A DNA stretch of 64,000 nucleotides, from positions 1 through 64,000 of IMG/VR virus record IMGVR_UViG_3300025009_000076; one strand, written 5' to 3'. Source of the DNA: an uncultured virus (IMG/VR IMGVR_UViG_3300025009_000076). Taxonomy: Duplodnaviria > Heunggongvirae > Uroviricota > Caudoviricetes. The translations under genes and the position numbers were made by a program. Shown in pieces: positions 51,804 through 63,040 of this stretch. The notes beneath the pieces were generated by a model, which was given only the letters and a program-made list of their open reading frames with translations, had not been told where the DNA came from and made no database searches. Numbering within the stretch: position 1 is the stretch's first letter; every line of letters starts with the position of its first letter.

Positions 51804-52241
51804 ATGAACGCAATGGCAGAAGCATTAAATAAGGCGCAAATAAAAGCAAATGATTTTGAGGATAAACAAGTCGATGAGAAAGCAATTGAAGCAGAAATGC
51901 AAATTGATTTTCTCGAAACATGGTTGAAATTACTTGAAAGAAATGCTTCTGAAAAGGAAAAGTATAACTTTGTGATAAAGCATGGTTTTGTATCAGTTTT
52001 ACAATTTAACCTGCATATGTCATGCATGGAAGATGTTCATAACCTGAAGGATATCTTAGATGATATTCGATATGATATTTCAGCCAGTGAAATTGCAGAA
52101 CGTGAAAAAGAAATAACAGAGAAAGAGGCAATGGCAAAGAATATCAAGAACTTGTTTTATTACAAAATGATTCTAAGGGGTTTAGGTAAAAAGGATATTA
52201 CTCCTTATGGAGAGGATATTTTGAAAAGAAAACTAACATAA
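51804..52241 (+). CDS. Hypothetical protein
   Basis: SD GAAGGAG. Confidence 0.7.
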   Translation: MNAMAEALNKAQIKANDFEDKQVDEKAIEAEMQIDFLETWLKLLERNASEKEKYNFVIKHGFVSVLQFNLHMSCMEDVHNLKDILDDIRYDISASEIAEREKEITEKEAMAKNIKNLFYYKMILRGLGKKDITPYGEDILKRKLT

Positions 52242-52398
52242 AACCAAACTTTTATATGACAGAGCGAGAAATAAAAATAATTTATCTCGCTCTGTGTGCT
52301 TTAATTATTCTCTAGACCGTGATATAATGTAAATATAAAATATTACGGTTTGGAGAGCATTTAAAACTCTCTTAAAATCTAAAAGGAGCGTGTTACAT

Positions 52399-54666
52399 AT
52401 GTATTATGGAGATCAAAGAGAATCAATGGTCAATCTGTCTTATGCATTAGAAGGCAAAGGTTGGGAAATTTTTGGTTATAGTGCGGATCAATCTGATTCC
52501 CAGTCTGATTATTATCATCCTGCATCATGGGACGGTATTGCTACTAAAAATGGCTTTGTTCTCTGTGTAGATATTAAAGATTATCAAGTTCAAAATTCAG
52601 GCAAAGGAGTCTATGAGTACACAAAAAATTATACAAATGTTTCAGATTATTCTAAAATTCAAAAACTCCAAGCACTAGCTAATGATTCGGCAGCGAGTCC
52701 AGAAGAAAAAGACACAGCACTAAAATTTATCGAGAAACTACATAATAATCAAGAAATCAAAGATCAAGACCGCGAAGCAACAAGAGTTTTAAAATATACT
52801 TATCCTATATTCCAAGCAAATCCTCCTTCTTGTAATTGGCATGTCGAAAAAGATGGTGTAATTTTAGCTAAAGGAAAAGGAGCTTTCCAATTTTCAGACC
52901 TCCCCTATGACTATGATTGTTCAACAGGTTTACAAAAAACATGGAGAAGTAGAGAATGGACACCGGATGAGAAAGAGCAAAAAGTTATTAACAAATTCTT
53001 ATCATTCGTTGCAAAAATAAATAATGTTGCATCGGGTGTGGCTAACATGGGCGATGGAACAGAAGAAACAGAACAGGAAGGATTAGAAGCCGAAAAGAAT
53101 TCTGGTTATGAAACCATCACTGTAACTGAATATAAAAGCGAAATTCAGGCTAATGAGATTGAAACACCAGAAACTTTAATTGTTGGAATGCATTTCAAAT
53201 TAAAGGCAAGCTTTACGCACTGTAATTCAGGAGATATTTATGTAATTACCACAATTCGTGAGAATCAATATAACAACAAGTGGTATATTACAGCATCGAG
53301 AATGAACCGCAAACTTAACAAAGTGTTAACTGGCAGAGCAACAGCAAGCAATAATTTTGACTGTGAACTTGAAAAGCTTAATACTTGGATAAGTAAAAAA
53401 TTTATTTCCATCGTCGAACTTGAGGAAGTAAAAACGCCTTATCAAGTACAAAAATGTGTAAAAATTACAAGGGATAAGACCACTAAACCAACCCAAAAGA
53501 AAACTAAAATTGAAGACGAAAAGACTGAAAATCCAATAACACCAGACCATGAAGAATACCAAGATGAAGTCTTGAGTGCCGATATAAGCGACACAACATC
53601 AATTAATGAAGAATCAGCAACCGAATTTATTCAGGCTTCCAAACGTCAATTATATGCCTTATATATTGGTACTAAGATCAAGACCACTGACCTAGTAATT
53701 AGCAAAGAAAAAGCAGGAGAATTGATATCTAAGAGTATCAAAGGAATCAATATCACTGAAGAACTTCAGGCATTTATAAATGGGGAGACCTTTATAACAG
53801 AAGTCTCAGAACCATTGCAGGAATTAGAAGAGATTAAACAAGAGGAGGAAATTAAAATAATGGAAAATGTTGATAATATACTCAGTAAATTTGATGAAAT
53901 AGAGGTGAAAAATAGTTCGCGTATCTCCTTAGATGATCAAACATTCTGCGAGGATCAAGAAAGAAACTACAATGAATTTATAAAATTCTCCAATGACTAC
54001 ATAAATTATCTAAATGAAAATTCCTTATCAAATACATTCTATAACAGCGAGTCTTTAGTCAATGAGATGAATAAAACCAGAGATATTAAAAAGGATATGT
54101 TTATTTCTAAAGTGGTAAATTATTTTAGAGATAAATACAAAGTAACGCTAAAAAGCGAACCGATTCAAAAGAAGTATGATATTTCTGTAAAGTATGATAT
54201 AATTATCGATGAAGTCATAGAACAACTGGGAGGTTATAACTTCATTGATAAAGCAGAAAAAGAGATTAAAGACGAATTCAAAAACACTTTAAGACATGAC
54301 AAAATTAAACTTAAAAATAAAAAACTATCAATTGAAAGTTTTTTTCAAACTGATTACTTTAGCATTAAGTATGGAACATATGAAGTTGGATATGGAAGCG
54401 ATGAAAAGTTTTATAAGTTGTTCAAGGCCATGTCTCACTTTTTATATGAGAGTAACGAGAATCTTTTTGATAATGTATATAGCACTATAACTAGACAAAA
54501 AGATGATGATGTATTTAAAACTCATGAGATAATTGGCAAGGATATTATCAAAACTTTGAAAGTATATAAAAATGGAAAAATTGATTTAGAATTTAGCAAC
54601 TCGGATCATATGCGAAAGTTTGCGAAGGATTACTGCGGATACACAGGTGATATTGCAGCCAAGTAA
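52399..54666 (+). CDS. Large multidomain (polyvalent-type) protein; C-terminal ~270 aa paralogous to the next gene
   Basis: SD AAGGAG; D.SDSQSDYY.PA.W motif; internal SD+ATG at 53860. Confidence 0.8.
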   Translation: MYYGDQRESMVNLSYALEGKGWEIFGYSADQSDSQSDYYHPASWDGIATKNGFVLCVDIKDYQVQNSGKGVYEYTKNYTNVSDYSKIQKLQALANDSAASPEEKDTALKFIEKLHNNQEIKDQDREATRVLKYTYPIFQANPPSCNWHVEKDGVILAKGKGAFQFSDLPYDYDCSTGLQKTWRSREWTPDEKEQKVINKFLSFVAKINNVASGVANMGDGTEETEQEGLEAEKNSGYETITVTEYKSEIQANEIETPETLIVGMHFKLKASFTHCNSGDIYVITTIRENQYNNKWYITASRMNRKLNKVLTGRATASNNFDCELEKLNTWISKKFISIVELEEVKTPYQVQKCVKITRDKTTKPTQKKTKIEDEKTENPITPDHEEYQDEVLSADISDTTSINEESATEFIQASKRQLYALYIGTKIKTTDLVISKEKAGELISKSIKGINITEELQAFINGETFITEVSEPLQELEEIKQEEEIKIMENVDNILSKFDEIEVKNSSRISLDDQTFCEDQERNYNEFIKFSNDYINYLNENSLSNTFYNSESLVNEMNKTRDIKKDMFISKVVNYFRDKYKVTLKSEPIQKKYDISVKYDIIIDEVIEQLGGYNFIDKAEKEIKDEFKNTLRHDKIKLKNKKLSIESFFQTDYFSIKYGTYEVGYGSDEKFYKLFKAMSHFLYESNENLFDNVYSTITRQKDDDVFKTHEIIGKDIIKTLKVYKNGKIDLEFSNSDHMRKFAKDYCGYTGDIAAK

Positions 54667-54696
54667 CCAAAAAATTAAAAATTGGAGTGATTTATT

Positions 54697-55524
54697 ATGT
54701 TAAATTTATTGAGTAAATTCGATGAAATCAAAATTGAGAATGTAAACAGAATTGATGAGGAAGATAAAAAATTCTGTGAGATGTTCAACAAAATTTATGA
54801 TGAAACATTAGTATGCTATAGGAACACCTTAGAAAGTTTAATATCCTTATATAATGAACAAATCCTGTTAGTAAAAAACAGTTATGATTTATGTATTTCA
54901 AAATATGGCGGTGGAAGGAACGATCTTAGTATTGACGGTGTTAAAAATGGCATTTTTCACGTAAAGGAAAATTTTATCAGTAAGATTTGTTATTATTTTA
55001 GCAGAAAATATAATGTTACTATTGATCACAGTAAAATTTATGAAAGATACAAAGATATTGAACTCCCCTACGGTAAACAAGAGAACAGAGATAAGACACT
55101 TAATATAAATTTGCTTGAATATGTACATATTGATTATAACATTATTTTGGATGAGATATTCGCTCAATTAAATGGTTTTAGTTTTCTTGAAAAGGCAATT
55201 GATGAAATTAAGCAAAAAGCAAAAATACCCTTACGTTGGTACGAACATCGTAAGTATTGGAATTATGAGGTTAAAGGTAAAACGATCAAATTTAGAACAA
55301 GTATAGATGATATTAAGTCAGCACTATATTTTTATGATAATAATGAAACACAGCTAATTGACTGCTACACTCATAACAAAGTTGATGATTATACAAGTTA
55401 TGATAATGGTAATACGAATATTAAGTTTATTAATTCTTCTTATGCTCTTGATTTTGCAAAAAGATATTTAGGATATATTGAAATGACTGAGGAGCAAAGA
55501 GAAGCATTTAAGAAAAGTTGTTAA
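54697..55524 (+). CDS. Hypothetical protein paralogous to the C-terminus of the upstream gene
   Basis: LSKFDEI....RI...D..FCE, FISK...YF..KY.VT, Y.II.DE...QL.G..F..KA..EIK shared. Confidence 0.8.
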   Translation: MLNLLSKFDEIKIENVNRIDEEDKKFCEMFNKIYDETLVCYRNTLESLISLYNEQILLVKNSYDLCISKYGGGRNDLSIDGVKNGIFHVKENFISKICYYFSRKYNVTIDHSKIYERYKDIELPYGKQENRDKTLNINLLEYVHIDYNIILDEIFAQLNGFSFLEKAIDEIKQKAKIPLRWYEHRKYWNYEVKGKTIKFRTSIDDIKSALYFYDNNETQLIDCYTHNKVDDYTSYDNGNTNIKFINSSYALDFAKRYLGYIEMTEEQREAFKKSC

Positions 55525-55546
55525 TTGAATTAAGGAGTTGAAGAGA

Positions 55547-58500
55547 ATGAAATACGCTATAACAAATGTTGTAATACCTCAAGAAAGACGCAAGGAAATA
55601 AATTCTAAATGTTTATATGTTGTTGAAAATAATTTAGATGTATTAACTCAACAAGATGTATTTTCTTGCTATTCTGGCGAGGGTGGACTTCATGGTTTAG
55701 AATTTAAAGAGTTTGATAACTATCATTCGTTCTCTGAAGCGAAAAAAGAAATAGAACTTGGAGCCTTCTTTACTCCTGCTACAATATCGAAATTTATGGC
55801 TGATTGTATAAAACCAAGTAATCAAGATTTAATTTGTGACATGACTTGTGGCGCAGGTTCATTCTTTAATTATCTTCCAGTCGAACACAATGTCTATGGT
55901 AATGAAATTGATATTAAATCTTATAAAGTTTCTAAATATCTTTATCCAAAAGCAAATATTTCTAATGATGATATTAGAAATTATGCACCAGACGTTAGAT
56001 TCGATCTAATTCTTGGAAATCCTCCATATAACTTAAAATTAAGAGTAGGTAAAGAAGAATACCTTTCACAACTTTATTATTGTATGAAAGCTTCAGAACT
56101 TCTTAAACCTGCCGGATTCATGGTATTAATTGTTCCTAATTCATTTCTAGCAGATACCTTCACAGATTCGGGAATGATTAAAACTATTAACAAATCATTT
56201 AATTTCATATGTCAATTCGATCTTCCTACAAATGCCTTTAAATCAGTAGGGGTTGAAAACTTTGCAACAAAAATAATGTTCTTTCAAAAACAATCAGAAC
56301 ATTTATTGACTATGCCTTATACCACTGATAAAATTCCTAACATTTTCATTACAGATGCATATGCTGAGATCATACATAATCAATATCTACTTCCATACAT
56401 AACTAAAAAGGAATCCTTAAAAGGCAAATTATTCTTTGAAAATGTACATAATAGTGATACTCAAGAGAATGCAGAATTTCAGTATAAAGTAAAAAAGATG
56501 TTATTTGCAATTAAACAACATCCTGCAATTAATTCATATTATGGAAAATGCTTATCTTATTTAGATAAATTTAATACTCAGAAAATGCCAGAGGGTATGA
56601 AGTATGAGGAATGGTCTAAGGTTAAAATCACTGAGAAAAAAGTATTATCTTATCTTAAAAGAACATTGGCAAAACAATCTAAAAATGAACGTGATGAGAT
56701 CCGATTAGTTAAAACATCTTATTCAATCAAGTTAAAGGGATATTCCCAAAAGAACAAAGTGTTTCTGTCTAAATATGCAGGAGAAAAGAATATCTCTATT
56801 AATGATATGATTATTTCTGGGAAATATCCTTTTGAAGATAAAACATATCAAAAATTAATTGATAAAAAAGTCAATGATTATAACTTTAATAGTTCTAATT
56901 TGCGTGAACTTCTTGCTAATTTAAACATATCTAATTTCCTTAATGAGTTTTCTCTTACAGATACATCCACAGGGGAAATATTACGCCTTAACGACATTCA
57001 AAAAAGTGACATGAATAATATCATTCAAAGACGTTATAGTGTCCTTAATTACAGTATGGGTGCTGGTAAAACTCCATGTGGTATTGCATGGTATAAATAT
57101 CTATTGTCCCAAAATAAAGTCAGAAATGTATTTATTGTATCGGCAGCACTAGGAATAAATTTAACATGGGATGTAAAACTGAATGATTACAAAGAGGATT
57201 ATATTAAAATTAAATCATTAAAAGACATTAATTCTATTAAACCTAAACAAATTGTAATATTATCATTCAATATGTTAATTAAATATCAAAGACAAATTAA
57301 AAAGTTTATTAAAATGCAATCTCAAAAAGTGGCTTTGATTGTAGATGAATCAGACGAATTGACTAATGATAAGTCACAAAGAACAAAAGTTACTTTAGAT
57401 TGTTTTAGAAAGGTAAATTATAAACTCTTAACTACTGGAACTACTACACGTAATAATATTAATGAATTATACAGTCAACTTGAATTACTTTATAATAATT
57501 CTGTTAATATGTTGTGTGAAGCTGATTATATTTATAAATTCAATAAGGAGAAAGAACTTAAGGAAGAATACAATGAACATTATATGAACCCCTTTCCTGC
57601 TTATCATGGGAAAAAGTTGTTTGTTGCTAGTTTTTCACCATCTAAAATAAGTGTATTTGGTATTAAAAAAGATTGTCAGGACATTTATAACATTGAATAT
57701 CTTCAGAAAATTATTGAAAAAACAATTATTACACGTAAATTTCAGGAGGTAGTTGGGCGTAAAATTTATGAGATTATTACTCATAGGATTAAACAAAATT
57801 CAGCAGAAAGAGAAGTTTATAAAGTAATTATGGAACAGTTTTATGAAATGCTTTATTTGTTTAGAAGTACTGGGAACAGTCGTAAAGACGCTATGTTACG
57901 TCTAATTAGGCAAATTCAATTATTAATTAAATCAACTTCAACACCAGAACAATTTAAGGAATATGCTAGTACCGAAACGCCTAATAAATACTTAAAAATC
58001 TTTAGCTTATTAGACAAGTGGAAAAATGAAAAAGTAGCAATTGGTACAGTATTCCTAGATACTGCAAATAGTTATTATTCTAAACTTCGTCAAAGGTATC
58101 CAGAACGAGAGATATTTATGATTCAAGGCAATGTATCCTTTACTAAAAGAAAGAGCATTATAAGCCAATTTGAGGCAACTAGTAATGGAATTTTAGTTAG
58201 CACTCAACAAAGTTTAAAATCCAGTGTCAATATTCCAACTTGCGATAAGGTTATTATTGAGTCCATGCAATGGAATATACCAAAGATTAGTCAGTATTAT
58301 TTTAGGTTTATTAGATTCAATTCAACGCAAAATAAGGAAGTACACTTCGTAACCTACGATCACACGATTGAGCAAAATTTAATGGCCTTATTAATGGCGA
58401 AAGAAAGAATTAATGAGTATATCAAAACATTAGATTTTCAAGACCAAGAGGAAATTTATGAGGAATTTGACGTAGATTTGGGCATACTCGACGCACTAAT

Positions 58501-58564
58501 AGAAAAGGGAGAAGATGAGAATGGACATGTAAAGTTGACATGGGGAGAACAAAAGATAGTATAA
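55547..58564 (+). CDS. N6-adenine DNA methyltransferase-SNF2/SF2 helicase fusion (DarB-like)
   Basis: FFTP, DMTCGAGSF (motif I), GNPPY (motif IV), MGAGKT, VDESD, TGT. Confidence 0.85.
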   Translation: MKYAITNVVIPQERRKEINSKCLYVVENNLDVLTQQDVFSCYSGEGGLHGLEFKEFDNYHSFSEAKKEIELGAFFTPATISKFMADCIKPSNQDLICDMTCGAGSFFNYLPVEHNVYGNEIDIKSYKVSKYLYPKANISNDDIRNYAPDVRFDLILGNPPYNLKLRVGKEEYLSQLYYCMKASELLKPAGFMVLIVPNSFLADTFTDSGMIKTINKSFNFICQFDLPTNAFKSVGVENFATKIMFFQKQSEHLLTMPYTTDKIPNIFITDAYAEIIHNQYLLPYITKKESLKGKLFFENVHNSDTQENAEFQYKVKKMLFAIKQHPAINSYYGKCLSYLDKFNTQKMPEGMKYEEWSKVKITEKKVLSYLKRTLAKQSKNERDEIRLVKTSYSIKLKGYSQKNKVFLSKYAGEKNISINDMIISGKYPFEDKTYQKLIDKKVNDYNFNSSNLRELLANLNISNFLNEFSLTDTSTGEILRLNDIQKSDMNNIIQRRYSVLNYSMGAGKTPCGIAWYKYLLSQNKVRNVFIVSAALGINLTWDVKLNDYKEDYIKIKSLKDINSIKPKQIVILSFNMLIKYQRQIKKFIKMQSQKVALIVDESDELTNDKSQRTKVTLDCFRKVNYKLLTTGTTTRNNINELYSQLELLYNNSVNMLCEADYIYKFNKEKELKEEYNEHYMNPFPAYHGKKLFVASFSPSKISVFGIKKDCQDIYNIEYLQKIIEKTIITRKFQEVVGRKIYEIITHRIKQNSAEREVYKVIMEQFYEMLYLFRSTGNSRKDAMLRLIRQIQLLIKSTSTPEQFKEYASTETPNKYLKIFSLLDKWKNEKVAIGTVFLDTANSYYSKLRQRYPEREIFMIQGNVSFTKRKSIISQFEATSNGILVSTQQSLKSSVNIPTCDKVIIESMQWNIPKISQYYFRFIRFNSTQNKEVHFVTYDHTIEQNLMALLMAKERINEYIKTLDFQDQEEIYEEFDVDLGILDALIEKGEDENGHVKLTWGEQKIV

Positions 58565-58709
58565 GGCATAGAGGAAATGAACTAAAATGGTTTGTTTCCT
58601 CTCTTTGTTCCCTATTATAAAGTAAAAAATAATTATTTATCTATTGCAATTTGTTTAGTTTTCATATAAAATAAGCAATAAGAAGCAAACTAGAAGGAGC
58701 GTGTAACTT

Positions 58710-59066
58710 ATGTCTAAATTAGCAGTACATAATGATGGTGTTTGCTCAGTGGTTGACCCATTCATAACAACTAATGAAAGATGTTTAACTTTTAAGTATG
58801 CAGGAAATGACAAAGTAGAGAAAGCAAAAAATCTTTCAAACTTATTAGATCAAAACAAAATAGATTATGTTTGCTATCTTGAAACAGGGAATTATTACCC
58901 TTGTCAATTTATCCTTAGAAGAAGTGGCAGAAAGTGGAATGATATAATGAAGTTGGTTAACAGTGTTCAATCTCCAAAATACGATTATGCTAAGATTGAC
59001 TTCTATATAACTGACGAAGTAAAGAAAAATGTTTTAGGTAAAATTCAAGTAATTCAATATTGTTAG
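58710..59066 (+). CDS. Hypothetical protein
   Basis: Promoter ~58644, SD GAAGGAG. Confidence 0.7.
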   Translation: MSKLAVHNDGVCSVVDPFITTNERCLTFKYAGNDKVEKAKNLSNLLDQNKIDYVCYLETGNYYPCQFILRRSGRKWNDIMKLVNSVQSPKYDYAKIDFYITDEVKKNVLGKIQVIQYC

Positions 59067-59142
59067 TCCAATAAACCTTACATTTCCAATACTAAAATGG
59101 TATAATATGTATAACAAAATCAACTAGAAAGAGGGAATTAAA

Positions 59143-59301
59143 ATGGAAATTACTTTTGAACAACTGAAGAAAACTATGCTAAATGGATTAGAAGGAGAAT
59201 TTAAAAGATCAATTGAAGGGATTATTGATTGCAGTGAGAAAATCGGAAAAACAGTTCCAGAAACAATGGATAAAATTACTAAGATATTATTAGGACAATA
59301 G
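59143..59301 (+). CDS. 52 aa protein (not in track)
   Basis: SD GAAAGAGGG. Confidence 0.6.
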   Translation: MEITFEQLKKTMLNGLEGEFKRSIEGIIDCSEKIGKTVPETMDKITKILLGQ

Positions 59302-59386
59302 GTTGATTGAAGGTTACACACCAATAATTCTATAACAAATTGGCGTGTGACATTGAACCAAAATATTGTAGAAAGAAGGAATTATA

Positions 59387-59740
59387 ATGAATTTATCAGA
59401 AATTACTCAAGATGCTTTTCAGATAATCAAAGATTTTAAACATGGTCATGGTCGTTATTCTTTGATTGTATCAAGTGAGTCAAAATATGGAGATTTTTCA
59501 ATTGAATATCGAATGTTAAATAATGAAATTAATCAAATTTTGGTATCTGAGAGAATAGCACCTAATCATAGTTCTAAATTCGTGGTTACTCCAAATAATT
59601 TCCGTACTATCACAGAACAAGGATTCGAAGCAGACAAATTCTTTGATAAAATCATAAAGGAAATGAATTTTGATGCTGTAGAGGTTCGTTGTTTTCCAGC
59701 CGATATGGAAGAAATATATTGTCAAGAATTTAATATCTAG
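59387..59740 (+). CDS. Hypothetical protein
   Basis: SD GAAGG. Confidence 0.7.
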   Translation: MNLSEITQDAFQIIKDFKHGHGRYSLIVSSESKYGDFSIEYRMLNNEINQILVSERIAPNHSSKFVVTPNNFRTITEQGFEADKFFDKIIKEMNFDAVEVRCFPADMEEIYCQEFNI

Positions 59741-59825
59741 GTTGAAATCTGAGGTATTAGTATAACAATAACGATATGATCCCTCGACTTGAGTCTATAA
59801 ATTAATTAGAAAGAGGGAATATATT

Positions 59826-60089
59826 ATGGGTATGATTAAAGAAAATGCAATGGAATTAAAGGCTAAAATCGAGAACCGTCACACCTTCGAACCAATTAAT
59901 TTAAAATGTAATGGCGGTACGTTCTATGGAAGAGGTTGCCTTAATTATGTAGATTCTGGTGATAATGTAAATGGAATTTGGTGGTTTTCTAATGGTAGTG
60001 TAGGTGGTAGTTTTGAGGCCAGTGAAGAATTTGTGCTAACCACTATCGGAATTAATTACCAAGAAATTAAGGAGTATTTTGAAGGATAA
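59826..60089 (+). CDS. Hypothetical protein
   Basis: SD GAGGG. Confidence 0.7.
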   Translation: MGMIKENAMELKAKIENRHTFEPINLKCNGGTFYGRGCLNYVDSGDNVNGIWWFSNGSVGGSFEASEEFVLTTIGINYQEIKEYFEG

Positions 60090-60115
60090 ATCAATTAAGA
60101 AAGAAGGAATTATTT

Positions 60116-60301
60116 ATGTCTGAAATTTCAATTTGGCAATTAAACAGAACTGATAATCAAGGCAATATCATTTCAGGTTATCAAGACATTTCCAAAAACG
60201 TAACACGCGAACAGGCAATAACAGATTATCTTTACTACTTGGAGACCTCAGAAGGGATTGAAAATCCTAAGTGTGAGTGCATTGAAATTGATTGGGAATA
60301 A
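60116..60301 (+). CDS. Small hypothetical protein
   Basis: SD GAAGG. Confidence 0.65.
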   Translation: MSEISIWQLNRTDNQGNIISGYQDISKNVTREQAITDYLYYLETSEGIENPKCECIEIDWE

Positions 60302-60414
60302 ATTAATTGCATATGGAGAATAGGCAATAACAATAGTACCATAACAGAACCGTTATAACAGGTTGTTGCCTTCCTTTCGAGGTAAAGTTGACTAAATATG
60401 AAGGAGTGGAAATT

Positions 60415-60576
60415 ATGGAGAAAATTGACTCTATTAATATTCATTGTAGATGGTTTGATAGCAATACAGAAAGGGAGCGTATTCAAAGATTAATACTCAA
60501 AGGTAAAGTAGAAGGGGAAATAATCCAACATAACGAAACTGGAGAAGATTATTGGGGATGGTGGAAAAGATCCTAG
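60415..60576 (+). CDS. Small hypothetical protein
   Basis: SD GAAGGAG. Confidence 0.6.
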   Translation: MEKIDSINIHCRWFDSNTERERIQRLILKGKVEGEIIQHNETGEDYWGWWKRS

Positions 60577-60610
60577 TAAACAATAATTTTAAATGAAAAG
60601 GAGAAAAATT

Positions 60611-60802
60611 ATGAAAAACTATTTAGTAGAATTAATACTTGAACCGAGACTACCACAAGGAAAATATATTGGGCGTAGGTATATAACTATTAAATTACCT
60701 GCTGATAATGAAATTGACGCAGGTAATTTTGCAAAAGAATCAATAGAAGTGTTATTGATTTCTAATGTATTGGTTATAGTAAATAAAGTATTGGAAAGTT
60801 AA
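60611..60802 (+). CDS. Small hypothetical protein
   Basis: SD AAGGAG. Confidence 0.6.
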   Translation: MKNYLVELILEPRLPQGKYIGRRYITIKLPADNEIDAGNFAKESIEVLLISNVLVIVNKVLES

Positions 60803-60933
60803 TGTCTAGGGGCATTTAAAGCCCTTCTGAGCGTCAATAATGCTATAACAGTCATATATATCCATAACAGCAGAGTAAGGGACGTTCAGAAGAGTTCTGA
60901 AGACTCTAAAAATAAATTGTTGGAGGTTATTTT

Positions 60934-61272
60934 ATGAAAATATTGCAATTTGATTATCTTCAGGCAGAATATGATGGAGAAGTGCTAAAAGATTTTCTTA
61001 TCGAACAGTTACCACGCTTTATAAATTGTGAACAAATGCAAACATACATAAAATCATCCGATGGATTTTGGCAAGATGTTAGAAATGAAATAACAAAGCA
61101 AAAAAGAGTTAAAAGGTTCAGTGAATTAGAAGATTATAAATGGATATTAGATTACCTTAATTTTTTAGCTGACAGAGATTTAGCAAAGGCAATAAACAAA
61201 GGATTGAACACAAGAAATAAAAAGTATGCGGATCTTGAAAAATTCTTTATTAAATATTCAAAGGCAGCATGA
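60934..61272 (+). CDS. Hypothetical protein
   Basis: SD GGAGG. Confidence 0.7.
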   Translation: MKILQFDYLQAEYDGEVLKDFLIEQLPRFINCEQMQTYIKSSDGFWQDVRNEITKQKRVKRFSELEDYKWILDYLNFLADRDLAKAINKGLNTRNKKYADLEKFFIKYSKAA

Positions 61273-61312
61273 ATGTACCATTTGCTCAGGTTAACAAAAG
61301 GAGGAATAACAA

Positions 61313-61519
61313 TTGATTATTAATATTGATCCTTATCAAAATACCTTTTATTCTCGTAAAATCAATAATAATCTATACAGACATGAGGGCAGACAGAATA
61401 CAATTGAATTTGTGATTGATAGTAAAACTCCAAAGACTCAAGAAGAAATTCTCGATTTTTTAGAATCAAAGTCAATAGATTATCTATTAAATAGAGAAGG
61501 AACTATCATAGATATTTAA
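61313..61519 (+). CDS. Small hypothetical protein
   Basis: SD AAGGAGG, TTG start. Confidence 0.65.
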   Translation: MIINIDPYQNTFYSRKINNNLYRHEGRQNTIEFVIDSKTPKTQEEILDFLESKSIDYLLNREGTIIDI

Positions 61520-61641
61520 AGAGTTTATGCTCTTTATCTTAAATCTATCATAACAGAAGCCCTATATAGGTTGATGGATTTAAGATAAAGGATATAAATC
61601 TAATCATTATATCCTAAAATAAAATCAAAGGAGGTAACAAA

Positions 61642-61749
61642 ATGAGCAAATTAAAATTACTCCAAGAATTCAAAAACATTTGCGATACTCATTCTATTCC
61701 ATTCACTTTTAAGTCATTTGACATGTTTCTTACTCATATTTCTAAATAA
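61642..61749 (+). CDS. 35 aa peptide (not in track)
   Basis: SD AAGGAGGT. Confidence 0.55.
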   Translation: MSKLKLLQEFKNICDTHSIPFTFKSFDMFLTHISK

Positions 61750-61809
61750 TCTTACATATTCTATATCAACTATAAACCAAAAATAAAATTATTGAAAGAA
61801 GGTAATCAA

Positions 61810-62100
61810 ATGCAAAAACCTAAAAATATCAAAAACTTAACCCATTCTGCTTCAAAACTTAATATCTTATACTTAGGCAAAGAAATTGTTTACACAGGCA
61901 CAGGACACTCCTTAAGACCTTATCGTGGAGAAATCATTAACATTGCTTATTACTCAGACCTTGAACCTGTTCCATATGCAGAAATCAAGTTAAAGATATG
62001 GAACAGCCGGACAGTAACTAAAATTCTTCCATTATCTGATGTTGTTTTGGTATCTTCTTTGAAGAAAACTAAAACTAAGAAATCTAAGATAGCAGCATAA
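61810..62100 (+). CDS. Basic hypothetical protein
   Basis: SD GAAGGT. Confidence 0.65.
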   Translation: MQKPKNIKNLTHSASKLNILYLGKEIVYTGTGHSLRPYRGEIINIAYYSDLEPVPYAEIKLKIWNSRTVTKILPLSDVVLVSSLKKTKTKKSKIAA

Positions 62101-62256
62101 TTCAATATCTTTTCTATGGACACTGTAAAGCGTAAAATAATTATAACAATTGATTCCCATACGTTGTACAGTGTAATTCTTAAAAGGTATTAGTTAAACT
62201 CAATGCTAATATCTCAACTATTGTATAACAAAATCAAAAGGAGGACAGGAGATATC

Positions 62257-62586
62257 ATGTCAAAATTATCTAATGTAGAAATCATTGCAATTGAAGCATC
62301 TAAAAAAGAATATATTTATAATGGTGAGAATATTTTTACTTTTGCTCAGTGGGAAAAGAGAGGATTCGGAGTTAAGAATGGGCAAAAAGCATTTATCAAG
62401 ACTAGATTAATGAGTCAGGGAGAAAATCCAAGATCGATCCCAGTATCGCTTTATACCATCGAACAGGTAAAATATAACGAAGACTTATGGAATGGCAGAC
62501 CTCGCAAACCACGACAAATAAAAGATGAAATTGGTTATTATCTTGTAAACAAGCAACGTACTCAGAGGGAAGTTATTATGGTATAA
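62257..62586 (+). CDS. ArdC N-terminal-like ssDNA-binding protein
   Basis: FTFAQWEKRGFGVKNGQKA...LY..EQV motif. Confidence 0.6.
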   Translation: MSKLSNVEIIAIEASKKEYIYNGENIFTFAQWEKRGFGVKNGQKAFIKTRLMSQGENPRSIPVSLYTIEQVKYNEDLWNGRPRKPRQIKDEIGYYLVNKQRTQREVIMV

Positions 62587-62666
62587 TCTTGTAAATGTCA
62601 TAACAGCCATAACACGGACGTTCGAGAGGTTCAGAAGATATTTTTAAATTATTAGGAGGAATTATT

Positions 62667-62918
62667 ATGCAAAGTGGTTTACAGTCTAAAAATGAGTATA
62701 TTCTATATCGTTCTATGTATAACAATGAACTTCACAATGCTATAATGGATAAGGATGTTCAAGCGATTGAAATATTATTAGATGGATTAACAAAAGCACA
62801 TTTGAAGAATTATGATTTTAGCCTATATGATTCAAATACTTTTATTGATATTGATTATGTTTACAATGAGCATGTAAAACAAATTGAAGAATTGGAGGCA
62901 TATTGTCGTGGTTTATAA
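62667..62918 (+). CDS. Hypothetical protein
   Basis: SD AGGAGG. Confidence 0.65.
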   Translation: MQSGLQSKNEYILYRSMYNNELHNAIMDKDVQAIEILLDGLTKAHLKNYDFSLYDSNTFIDIDYVYNEHVKQIEELEAYCRGL

Positions 62919-63040
62919 ATTCAAGCAAGCAATTGTAAATGGTGATCAATATATTTATGGATTTGGATTTTATTTGAGTATTGTGAAGTGGTATAAGTAA
63001 TCCCATTAATTCATTAATAACAAGAAAGGTTGTGTAGTTG

